Source: an uncultured Duganella sp. (GTDB taxonomy: Bacteria > Pseudomonadota > Gammaproteobacteria > Burkholderiales > Burkholderiaceae_D). Taken from it: a DNA stretch of 64,000 nucleotides. Under the pieces are notes generated by a model that was not told where the DNA came from, made no database searches, and saw only the letters and a list, made by a program, of their open reading frames with translations. Every line of letters begins with the position of its first letter. The stretch's first letter is position 1. Positions 47,684-55,742 of this stretch are shown here, one piece after another. The stretch is taken from assembly GCA_966112955.1 (NCBI GenBank), contig CBHWEO010000001.1, positions 35,548 to 99,547 of the forward strand, in the 5' to 3' direction. The position numbers and the translations under genes are program-made.

Positions 47684-48928
47684 GTGCGCGTCCAGCTCAC
47701 CATCGCCCTTGCGCAGCTGCGCCGGCGGCGCCGTTCCACCCTGGTATCGCTGCTGGGCATCATGCTGGGCGTCGCCTTCTTCCTGGCGGTCTCGGCCCTG
47801 ATGCGCGGCTCGGAGCAGGATTTCCTGCAGCGCCTGGTCGACAACAGCCCCCATATCACCGTCATGGACCAGTTCCGCACGCCGCGGCTGCAGCCGGCGC
47901 AAGTGCGCTGGCCCGGGGCGGCCGTGGCCATCAGCAACGTCAAGCCGCCCGTCGAAACGCGCGGCATCCGCAGCTACCGCAGCAAGCTGGCGGCCATCGA
48001 ACACTGGCCGGGCTTGCGGGTGGCGCCCGTGCTGCGCGGGTCGGCCGTGCTGAGCTTTGCCGGCCAGCAGCAGGGCATCAGCCTGTCCGGGGTGGTGCCG
48101 GCCCGCATGCAGGCCGTGTCGACCATCGACGAACAGATGGTGGCCGGCACGCTCGACGAGCTGGCCGCGTCGCCCAACGGCCTGGTGATCGGCCAGGGGC
48201 TGGCCGACAAATTCTCGCTCGGGCTGGGCAGCACGGTCAGCGTGGTGACCGCCGGCGGCGGCGCCCGGATCATGAAGGTCGTCGGCATCTTCCGCACCGG
48301 CAATGCCGCCTACGACGAAGGCGAGACTTTTACCCTGCTCAAGCGGGCGCAGGTGATCCTGGCACGGCCGGACCGTGTCAACCGCTTCATCATCCAGCTG
48401 GCGGACCCGCAGTCGGCCCGCAGCGTGGCCAGCGACATCGAGCGGCAACTGGGCTACAAGGCCGTTTCGTGGAGCGAAGCGTCGGAAGACCTGCTCAGCC
48501 TGTTAAAGGTGCGCAATATCATCATGTACAGCGTGGTCACCGCCATCCTGGTGGTGGCATCGTTCGGCATCTACAACACGATTTCCACCATTGTGGTCGA
48601 CAAGCGGCGCGACATCGCCATCCTCAAGGCGATCGGCTTCGAAGCGGCCGACGTGCGCCGGATCTTTGTCTACCAGGGCATGATCATCGGCCTGCTTGGC
48701 AGTGCTGCCGGACTGGTGCTGGGCTACGGCATGATGCACGTGCTGGCACAGGTCGAACTGAAACCGCCGGGCGTCAGCGACATCGTCCACCTGCCGGTCT
48801 GGTGGGGCGCGGAGCAATACCTGCTGGCCGTCGCCTTTGCGATGGCGGCCTGCCTGGGCGCCGCCTACCTGCCGGCCAACAAAGCCGGCCAGCTGCAACC
48901 GGTCGACACGCTGCGGGGCGCCACATGA
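47684..48928 (+). CDS. ABC permease, LolC/E-MacB (FtsX-like)
   Basis: 4-TM topology, D.RRDIAILKAIG and YLPANKA..L.PV..LRG; GTG start. Confidence 0.9.
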   Translation: MRVQLTIALAQLRRRRRSTLVSLLGIMLGVAFFLAVSALMRGSEQDFLQRLVDNSPHITVMDQFRTPRLQPAQVRWPGAAVAISNVKPPVETRGIRSYRSKLAAIEHWPGLRVAPVLRGSAVLSFAGQQQGISLSGVVPARMQAVSTIDEQMVAGTLDELAASPNGLVIGQGLADKFSLGLGSTVSVVTAGGGARIMKVVGIFRTGNAAYDEGETFTLLKRAQVILARPDRVNRFIIQLADPQSARSVASDIERQLGYKAVSWSEASEDLLSLLKVRNIIMYSVVTAILVVASFGIYNTISTIVVDKRRDIAILKAIGFEAADVRRIFVYQGMIIGLLGSAAGLVLGYGMMHVLAQVELKPPGVSDIVHLPVWWGAEQYLLAVAFAMAACLGAAYLPANKAGQLQPVDTLRGAT

Positions 48929-49635
48929 ACAGCGTGCTGAAAGCCGAACACCTGGCGCGCCGCCTGGCCGGCGCGGTGCCGGTGACCCTGGTCGACGATA
49001 TTTCGCTGGAAGTCCAGCGCGGCGAGTTCATCTGCATCATGGGGCCGTCCGGCTCGGGCAAATCATCCCTGCTCTACCTGCTGGGCCTGCTCGACAAACC
49101 GGACGCCGGCCAGCTCTGGCTGGACGGCGACAACGCCAGCCACTGCGACGACAAGCAGCTGGCGGCGCTGCGCCTGGCCAAGCTGGGCTTCGTCTTCCAG
49201 TTCCATTTCCTGCTCGCGGAATTCACCGTCCTGCAGAACGTGCTGCTGCCGATGCAGCGCCTGGGGCGGCGCGACGGTAATGCCGCGCGCGGGCACGGCA
49301 TGGGCCTGCTGGACCGGCTTGGCATCGCCGAGCATGCGCACAAATATCCGTCCCAGCTGTCGGGCGGCCAGCGCCAGCGCGCCGCCCTGGCGCGCGCCCT
49401 GGCCAACGATCCGCTGCTGATCCTGGCGGATGAACCGACCGGCAACCTGGACTCCGCGGCCACGCTCAACGTGCGCCAGCTGCTGCGCGAACTGGCCGAT
49501 GGCGGCCAGACCGTGGTGGCAGTGACGCATGATGCCGGCTTTGCCAGCGCTGCCGACCGTTGCATCGGCATTGTCGACGGCCGTATCGCGCCGGACTGGC
49601 AACCTGGCGCGGTCAAGCCCCTTGGCGCGGGGTGA
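48925..49635 (+). CDS. ABC ATPase, LolD-like
   Basis: GPSGSGKS, FVFQFH.LL.EF, LSGGQRQR, LADEPTGNLD and VTHD. Confidence 0.93.
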   Translation: MNSVLKAEHLARRLAGAVPVTLVDDISLEVQRGEFICIMGPSGSGKSSLLYLLGLLDKPDAGQLWLDGDNASHCDDKQLAALRLAKLGFVFQFHFLLAEFTVLQNVLLPMQRLGRRDGNAARGHGMGLLDRLGIAEHAHKYPSQLSGGQRQRAALARALANDPLLILADEPTGNLDSAATLNVRQLLRELADGGQTVVAVTHDAGFASAADRCIGIVDGRIAPDWQPGAVKPLGAG

Positions 49636-50089
49636 CCAGGACGTTGGATTTGTGGACCAGCACGGGGACGGGGCTGCTGTTCAGCACCCGCAGCGTCACG
49701 CTGCCGAGCAGGCGGTCCTGGTCGCCATGCCAGCCATGCGAGGCCATGTAGATCAGGTCGCATCCCAGGCGCGCGGCTTCCAGCAGGATCATGGCGTGCG
49801 GCATGCTGCCGCGCACCTTGCGGCAATCGTACGTGACGCCGGCGGCCTGCGCCGCCTCGCTCAACTGCGCGAGGTAACCATCGCCGATACGGTCGAACAG
49901 CGCCACCTGGCGCTCGGTGAGCCCCGGATCCATGTGCAGCATGCTTTCCATGGCGTCGGGTGGCAGCAGCGGGACCACGTAGAAGCCGTGCACACGGGCG
50001 CCCACCTGCCGTGCAAACTGGATCCCGCCCAGCACGGCACGCCGCGACAGCGCCGAGCCGTCGGTGGGCAACAGGATATCGTGGTACAT
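49613..50089 (-). CDS. Universal stress protein (single domain)
   Basis: MYHDILLPTDGS, DLIYMASHG and LLGSVT.RVL..SPVPVLV; RBS GGAGG. Confidence 0.92.
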   Translation of the reverse strand: MYHDILLPTDGSALSRRAVLGGIQFARQVGARVHGFYVVPLLPPDAMESMLHMDPGLTERQVALFDRIGDGYLAQLSEAAQAAGVTYDCRKVRGSMPHAMILLEAARLGCDLIYMASHGWHGDQDRLLGSVTLRVLNSSPVPVLVHKSNVLVTPRQGA

Positions 50090-50111
50090 GCTGGCCTCCG
50101 TGGCAGGCCGG

Positions 50112-50255
50112 CTAACGCCAATTGGACTGGAGCAAGCCCCATCCCAATTGTTCGCGCACGCGCTCCGGCGTGGCATACGGGCTGACATCGCCGCTTGGCA
50201 GTGGCACGAACGTGGTGCCGTTGCCCGGTGCCGGGCTGGCTGGGTTGGTGTCCAT
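50112..50255 (-). CDS. Unannotated small protein (47 aa)
   Basis: MDTNPASPAPGNGTTFVPLPSGDVSPYATPERVREQLGWGLLQSNWR*; RBS GGGAG 9 nt upstream; stop 22 bp before the USP start. Below the ORF-track cutoff. Confidence 0.6.
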   Translation of the reverse strand: MDTNPASPAPGNGTTFVPLPSGDVSPYATPERVREQLGWGLLQSNWR

Positions 50256-50501
50256 GATGCTTGCTCCCTGGTGCGGCAATCGTCACTTGCCATGCAACCA
50301 ATGTAGGCCACGCACGCGGCCGGCGACATCAAGGAAGGCCGCGACCTGGTGTAGGGTTTCTCCCAACGCCACGCCGTAGTGCATCCCCTACGGCGGCGGA
50401 GTTTGCAACAGTCCACTGCGCCGGGTGCTTGAGTCTTATCTTTCCGACATGCGATACTACGGCTCACATACATGCCTGCACTGCAGGCGCTGGGGGGAAT
50501 C

Positions 50502-50918
50502 ATGCATGCCACAAGCCCACCAATTCTGCTGGTGGAAGATGATGACGTCGACGCCATGACCGTCAAGCGCGCCTTGCGCGCGATTGAGGTCAGCAACCCG
50601 CTGGTGCTGGCCGAACAGGGCGAGGCTGCGCTGGCCTACCTGAGCGCCCCCGGCAATGCGCCCCCTTGCATCATCCTGCTCGACCTGAACATGCCGATCA
50701 TGAACGGCCTGGAATTCCTGCACCAGGTCAAGCAGCACAGCGAATGGCGGCGCATCCCCGTGGTCGTGCTCACCACCTCGGAAGAAACCATGGACCGCGA
50801 TGCCAGCTTCGACCTTGGCGCCGCCGGCTTCCTGCCCAAGTGCAGCGATTATGGGCGCTTCCTCGACGTGATGCGGGCCTGGGACCAGTACTGGACCTGG
50901 AGCGACTTGCCGGTCTGA
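50502..50918 (+). CDS. Single-domain response regulator (Rcp1-like)
   Basis: LLVEDDD, ILLDLNMP.MNG.EFL, IPVVVLTTS and FLPK. Confidence 0.92.
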   Translation: MHATSPPILLVEDDDVDAMTVKRALRAIEVSNPLVLAEQGEAALAYLSAPGNAPPCIILLDLNMPIMNGLEFLHQVKQHSEWRRIPVVVLTTSEETMDRDASFDLGAAGFLPKCSDYGRFLDVMRAWDQYWTWSDLPV

Positions 50919-50922
50919 CGCG

Positions 50923-50945
50923 GGGGCAGCGGCCGGCCCTGCCCC
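50923..50945 (+). terminator. Hairpin after the response regulator
   Basis: GGGGCAG-N9-CTGCCCC, immediately after the stop at 50918. Confidence 0.35.
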
Positions 50946-50964
50946 GACTCGGCTTTCCCGCCAG

Positions 50965-50978
50965 TTGATCCAGATCAT
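50965..50978. promoter_or_regulatory. FNR/Anr-type box (TTGATCCAGATCAT)
   Basis: One mismatch to TTGAT-N4-ATCAA, 60 bp upstream of the CBS gene. Confidence 0.75.
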
Positions 50979-51031
50979 GGCTGGCAGCGCCTGCGCTGGC
51001 GCAGACTGGCAGCATCAACCAGGAGGCCATC

Positions 51032-51487
51032 ATGCATGCACCACTGCTCGTTTCCACTCTATGCCAGCGCAATGTCGTCACGGCGCAAGACAGTATCAGC
51101 GTCAAGGATGCCGCCGAACTGATGCGCAGGCACCACGTCGGCAGCGTCGTCATCACAGCGGGCAACCTCAATAAACCGGTCGGGATCGTGACCGACCGCG
51201 ACATCGCCATCGTGGCCGTGGCGCGCGACTTTGACCCGCTCACCATGCCGGTTGCCGACATCATGTCCACGCAGCTGCACACCATCAGTGCTTCCCAGCC
51301 CGCCGTTTCAGCCTTGAAGGCGATGCGCCGCCACGGCGTGCGCCGTTTGCCCGTCACCGGCGAGTTCGATGAACTGGTCGGCATCATTTCACTCGACGAC
51401 CTGCTGAATGCCTATGGCGCGGAACTGCTGCTGTTCGCGCAGGCGATGCGCCGCGAACGCGAAGCGGAACAGCGCGTGCGCGTCTAA
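51032..51487 (+). CDS. CBS-domain pair protein
   Basis: AAELMRRHHVGSVVI, VGIVTDRDI, M.RHGVRRLPV and LVGIISLDDLL. Confidence 0.92.
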   Translation: MHAPLLVSTLCQRNVVTAQDSISVKDAAELMRRHHVGSVVITAGNLNKPVGIVTDRDIAIVAVARDFDPLTMPVADIMSTQLHTISASQPAVSALKAMRRHGVRRLPVTGEFDELVGIISLDDLLNAYGAELLLFAQAMRREREAEQRVRV

Positions 51488-51508
51488 GGCCTGGCGGCCA
51501 GCCAGGCC
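51488..51508. terminator. Hairpin between convergent genes
   Basis: GGCCTGGC-GGCCA-GCCAGGCC, 8-bp stem. Confidence 0.35.
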
Positions 51509-51518
51509 GCGCCCCCCA

Positions 51519-51944
51519 TCATTGCTCCAGCGGCGCCTTCCAACGCAGCACCAGCTCGGCGCCGCCATGCGCGCGGGCGTGCACGGTCTTGCGCACGGAC
51601 TGGCCCAGGTTGTCAGCGACCACCTGGTACTTGCCCGGCGGGACCTTGAAGAAGACATACGGGCCGTCGCTGGTCGCTTCGGCCACGGTACGGCCCTGCG
51701 CGTCGAGCAGCGTCACCTTCACCCCGGCGAAGAATTCGCCGGTTTCCGCCGCCAGTGTGATGCGCAGGTTGTACTGCGCGGCAGCGGCGCGGAAAGCATT
51801 GGCCTCGTCCAGGCCGATGCCCCCGGTCACGAAGCTGACCGCGCCCTGCGTCTGCGGCGCCGGCATCGGCAGTTCGCCCGCCAGGCAAGCCTGTCCCGCC
51901 AAGGTGCACAGCATCGCTGCGCACAAACGATAAAAGTGTTGCAT
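51519..51944 (-). CDS. Secreted carboxypeptidase-regulatory-like domain protein
   Basis: Signal peptide, V.FVTGGIG.DE, YNLR.T.A...G.F.A.V.V and GP..F.K.P.G.Y.V.A. Confidence 0.8.
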   Translation of the reverse strand: MQHFYRLCAAMLCTLAGQACLAGELPMPAPQTQGAVSFVTGGIGLDEANAFRAAAAQYNLRITLAAETGEFFAGVKVTLLDAQGRTVAEATSDGPYVFFKVPPGKYQVVADNLGQSVRKTVHARAHGGAELVLRWKAPLEQ

Positions 51945-52026
51945 GTCTGGCCTCCTGAAGCTCCATGGAAAAATGTCGGCGCCTTGCACCTGCCGCCATG
52001 GTAGGCATGCGGCCGCCCAGCGAGAC

Positions 52027-52040
52027 ATGATCCAGGTCAA
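52027..52040. promoter_or_regulatory. FNR/Anr-type box (ATGATCCAGGTCAA)
   Basis: First of two tandem boxes in a divergent promoter. Confidence 0.7.
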
Positions 52041-52051
52041 GCCACACCGAC

Positions 52052-52065
52052 TTGATCCAGATCAA
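52052..52065. promoter_or_regulatory. FNR/Anr-type box, perfect consensus (TTGATCCAGATCAA)
   Basis: Exact TTGAT-N4-ATCAA upstream of a USP gene. Confidence 0.85.
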
Positions 52066-52171
52066 AAAACTCCCAAGATCCGGCGCGAGCCCGCATTCCG
52101 TGGTGGACGCTGCGGCGCTTGCCAACTAGCCTGACTGTATCGATTGACCCGACCTTAAGATGGAGGAAACC

Positions 52172-53011
52172 ATGTCCTATCGAACCATCCTGGTGCACGT
52201 CGACCGCACCGCAGCGGCGCCAGCCCGCATCAAGCTGGCCGCACAACTGGCGGCGCGCGAGGGCGCGCACCTGACCGGCAGCGCCATGAGCGGTGTGCCG
52301 CGCTTCATGTATGCCGGCGACCCCTTCGATGCCAGCGGCGCCATCATTGGCGACTACCTGGAGCTCGCCGCCAAACGCGCCAACCAGGCCCTCGACCAGT
52401 TTGACGAGATCACTGCCAGGATGGGGCTGTCCTCGGTGGAGCGCCGCAACAGCAAGGACGATGAATATTCCGCGCTGTGCCTGCAAGCCCGCTACGCCGA
52501 CCTGGTGGTGCTGGGCCAGGCCATGCCCGGCGGCGGCGAGGCGGCCATGCTGCGCGACCTGCCCGAGCATGTGATCCTGCACTCCGGCAAGCCGGTGCTG
52601 GTGGTCCCGTATGCCGGCGACTTCCCGACGCTGGGCGAGCGGCCGCTGGTGGCATGGGATGGCAGCCTGGAGGCAGCGCACGCGGTAGCGGCCGCGCTGC
52701 CGCTGCTGAAGCGCAGCGGCAAGGTCACGCTGGCCGTGTTTGGCGCCGAGCCCGGCTACGATGCCCACGGTGAAGAGCCGGGCGCCGATATCGCCCTGTA
52801 CCTGGCACGCCACGGCGTCAAGGTGGAGGTGCAGCGCCTGCCCGACCCGGTCGACGTCGGCAACGCCATCCTGTCGCTGGCGGCCGACCTCAATGCCGAC
52901 CTGCTGGTGATGGGGGCCTACGGCCACAGCCGCCTGCGCCAAGTGCTGGTGGGCGGCGCCACGCGCACCATCCTCGAGAGCATGACCCTGCCGGTGCTGA
53001 TGGCGCATTGA
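52172..53011 (+). CDS. Universal stress protein (tandem-domain)
   Basis: MSYRTILVHVD, ARYADLVVLGQ, LVAWDGS.EA and ADLLVMGAYGHSRLRQ.LVGGATR. Confidence 0.93.
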   Translation: MSYRTILVHVDRTAAAPARIKLAAQLAAREGAHLTGSAMSGVPRFMYAGDPFDASGAIIGDYLELAAKRANQALDQFDEITARMGLSSVERRNSKDDEYSALCLQARYADLVVLGQAMPGGGEAAMLRDLPEHVILHSGKPVLVVPYAGDFPTLGERPLVAWDGSLEAAHAVAAALPLLKRSGKVTLAVFGAEPGYDAHGEEPGADIALYLARHGVKVEVQRLPDPVDVGNAILSLAADLNADLLVMGAYGHSRLRQVLVGGATRTILESMTLPVLMAH

Positions 53012-53125
53012 TGAACGCCTGCTGGCAGCCCAGCCAGCCCGCCTCGCTGCGCAGCGGGCAGCGCCATGGCGGGCGGCCGGCCTGCACCGCGTTGAGGTCG
53101 CGCCGGCCCTGGCCGCGCACGCCCG

Positions 53126-53611
53126 CTACGCCTGGCCGGGCGAGGCGAACTGGCGGAACAGCGGCACCAGCCGCCCGTGGTAGGTGTCACGGGCGATTTC
53201 GGCATCGGTCACCGCGACTTGCGCCATCGGCGGCTTGCCGCACAGCGCGGCCATCTCCGCCAGCGCGCTGTCGCCGCCACGGCCGCCCATGGTGCAAAAC
53301 AGTGCCACGCGATTGAAATCCTGGCAATGCTGCAGGATATAGCTGCGCATCGGGCTGGCCACCTGCCCGGCCCACACCGGCGCACCAAGGATCACCAGCG
53401 CATAGTCGGCGGGACGGTTCTCGGCTGCGAGGATGGCCGGCTGCTGGCGCCGCACGGACTCCCACACCGAACGCAGGAAGCCCAGCGGTCCGGCGCGGCC
53501 CCGCGCTTCGCGGATCAGCTCGAAGTCTGCGCCGCAGGACGCGGCAATTTCACGGCCCAGCCTGGCGGTCAGGCCGCTACGGGAATAGCATACGACTAAA
53601 CAGGAACGCAT
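53126..53611 (-). CDS. Flavodoxin-like protein
   Basis: LVVCYSRSG.T, LVILGAPVWAG..ASPMRSY and VALFCTMGG. Confidence 0.88.
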   Translation of the reverse strand: MRSCLVVCYSRSGLTARLGREIAASCGADFELIREARGRAGPLGFLRSVWESVRRQQPAILAAENRPADYALVILGAPVWAGQVASPMRSYILQHCQDFNRVALFCTMGGRGGDSALAEMAALCGKPPMAQVAVTDAEIARDTYHGRLVPLFRQFASPGQA

Positions 53612-53683
53612 GATGGGCTCCTCCAGGAACGGTACAGCGCACGGGCGCTGCCACCACAGTAGACGCTGGCGCCGCGGCTGAAC

Positions 53684-53697
53684 ATGATCCAGGTCAG
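53684..53697. promoter_or_regulatory. FNR/Anr-type box (ATGATCCAGGTCAG)
   Basis: Same core as the boxes at 52027 and 62213; 79 bp upstream of the flavodoxin gene. Confidence 0.6.
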
Positions 53698-53804
53698 GAA
53701 AGCGGCTGCCGTCCCGGGGTGGCCGCTGGCTGGTAACCAACTATCAGGCACTATGGCATAATGGGCCGCCACCCACTTTGCCGACTGCGGGCAAGCAGCC
53801 ATCC

Positions 53805-54626
53805 ATGACGAGACCTCCCAGCACGGTGCACGCCACCGTATGCCTCGCGGCACTGCTTGCGGCGCTTGGCGGCCACGCCCACGCTGGCGCGGCGCCCGGC
53901 TGCAAGCGCACCATCGTCGTGGCCAGCAGCCAGGTCGGGCGTGCCATGACCATCGGCCCCGACAACACCGTCCGGGGCGCCGTCAAGGATTTTCTCGACC
54001 TGGTGAGCCGGCGTACCGGTTGCACCTTCAGCTATGTCCCGGTAGCGCGCTCCCAGGCCTGGATCATGGTCGAGTGGGGCCGGGCCGATATCATGCCGGC
54101 CGCGGTGCAAAACCATGCGCGCGACCAGTTCGCGCAATTCATCCCGACACACCAGGTCAGGCCGATGCTGCTCACGCTCGACCGCAACCTGCCCGCCATC
54201 GCCACGACAACCGAGCTGTTGCAGGCCGGCCTGCGGGTCGGCGTGGTGCGCGTTTACGATTTTGGCCCGGCCTACCGCGCGCTGGTGGATGGCCTGCAGC
54301 GGCAAGGCAGGCTGCAGGCCGCCGCCGACCCGCATGCCATCGCCAGTTTGTTGCGCAACGGGCGCATCCAGGCTGCGCTCCTGCCGCCGGCCGCCTTCGC
54401 CGATGCCGGCGAAGCGCAGCAGCTGGCGCGGCGCCTGCAATGGCGCGAACTGGGCGACCTGCCGCGCGTGCCCATTGGCTTTTACCTTTCCACCACGGTC
54501 CTGGACGACGCCGACCGCGCCATCCTCCACGAAGCGATACGGCAGGCCGTGGCAGGCGATGCCTATGCCAGGGCGATGCGCCAGCACTATCCACCGTGGG
54601 CCTTGCAGGACGTCAGCGGCAATTGA
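53805..54626 (+). CDS. Stand-alone periplasmic substrate-binding (family 3-like) protein
   Basis: Signal peptide, G...DF...VS.RTGC.F, R.W.M...GRADI and GV.R.YDFG..Y. Confidence 0.75.
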   Translation: MTRPPSTVHATVCLAALLAALGGHAHAGAAPGCKRTIVVASSQVGRAMTIGPDNTVRGAVKDFLDLVSRRTGCTFSYVPVARSQAWIMVEWGRADIMPAAVQNHARDQFAQFIPTHQVRPMLLTLDRNLPAIATTTELLQAGLRVGVVRVYDFGPAYRALVDGLQRQGRLQAAADPHAIASLLRNGRIQAALLPPAAFADAGEAQQLARRLQWRELGDLPRVPIGFYLSTTVLDDADRAILHEAIRQAVAGDAYARAMRQHYPPWALQDVSGN

Positions 54627-54644
54627 ACGCGGTGTCGTGCAGGA

Positions 54645-55742
54645 CTAGAAGAACCACTGCAAGTGGCTGTACAGCACGTCCGGCACCCGGCCGAACTCGC
54701 TGTCCCGGCGGCCCCCGCCAAATTGCTGGAAGCCCAGCGCCCACTCCAGGTCGCTGCGCAGCGAGCACGTGATGGACGGCGACAGGTAGTGGCTGCGGTC
54801 GGACAGGTTGCGTACGGCATACAGGCTGACTTTCCAGAGCGGCGTGAGCTCGTAGCCGGCATAGACGCCCGCATAGCGGTGGCCCGGCGCCGCCGCAGCC
54901 GGTCCGCCATTGCGGAACAGTTCGGCTGACAGCGTCAGCGTATTGCCAAAGGCATAGTCGAGCCCAAGCAGCATGCGGCGGTAGCCGCGCCCGGCGGCCG
55001 GCCGCAGTTGCGCCGCTTCCGCCCGCACGCCGAAGCCGCCGAGCTGTGTCGCCAGGTCCGCGCCCAGCAGGTGGCTGTCGCCGAACTTGCCCCAGGCCAG
55101 CGAGTAATCGATGCCGCGCCCATTGCCGTGCACATGCGCTGCCGCACTGGCCTGGTGCCGCGCGTGGGCCGGCGCATACACCACGCTGAGCCGTTCCAGC
55201 GGCCCCAGCTTGTGCTCGACCAGCAGCGCGTCCACCCCGGGCCGTTCCTCGCGCTCAAGCTGGGTTGCCGCAATCGGATTCAGCACATCCAGCGGACTCC
55301 AGAAGCGCCCGGTTCCCCAGGCGATGCGCTGGCGGCCAACCTTGACGTCGGTAGCGCCATGGCGCACGGTCAGGCTGGCGCGGTACAGCCGGTGGCGGCC
55401 CTGCACGTCGCGCCGCGCCAGGTAGCGCTGCTCCGCGCGCCAGTATTGCCCGCTTGCCTGTTGCTGCTGCAAGGCGAACTGCGCGGTGTGCAGGTAACTG
55501 CCGGCCAGCAGTTCATTGTCGTACTGCAGGTCCAGGCTGGCCGCCGGCGCCAGGGGCCCCTGCAGCTTGAGGCGGGCACGGCTGACGTCCAGCAGGTAGC
55601 TGCGCTCCGGTCCGGCCAGCGTGCTGGATTGGATCGCCAGGTTCTTCAGGTAGCCGCTCAGGGACAGGTCCGGCGCCGCCTGGCCGTCTTGCGCGCAAGC
55701 CTTCGCCGCCACGACCAGCAAGGCCGCCAGCAGCCTAGCCAT
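54645..55742 (-). CDS. Putative outer-membrane beta-barrel protein
   Basis: Signal peptide, LYRASL, VKVGRQRIAWG.GRFWSP.D, RPGVDA and terminal QWFF. Confidence 0.7.
   Translation of the reverse strand: MARLLAALLVVAAKACAQDGQAAPDLSLSGYLKNLAIQSSTLAGPERSYLLDVSRARLKLQGPLAPAASLDLQYDNELLAGSYLHTAQFALQQQQASGQYWRAEQRYLARRDVQGRHRLYRASLTVRHGATDVKVGRQRIAWGTGRFWSPLDVLNPIAATQLEREERPGVDALLVEHKLGPLERLSVVYAPAHARHQASAAAHVHGNGRGIDYSLAWGKFGDSHLLGADLATQLGGFGVRAEAAQLRPAAGRGYRRMLLGLDYAFGNTLTLSAELFRNGGPAAAAPGHRYAGVYAGYELTPLWKVSLYAVRNLSDRSHYLSPSITCSLRSDLEWALGFQQFGGGRRDSEFGRVPDVLYSHLQWFF

Noticed and set aside
50319-50354. FNR-like half-sites upstream of the small ORF/USP
   Set aside because: Only one half-site matches in each (GCCGGCGACATCAA, GCGACCTGGTGTAG).
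49613-50596. 327-aa version of the USP ORF
   Set aside because: The USP fold starts at MYHDILL (50089) with a GGAGG RBS; the extension overlaps the small ORF and the response regulator.
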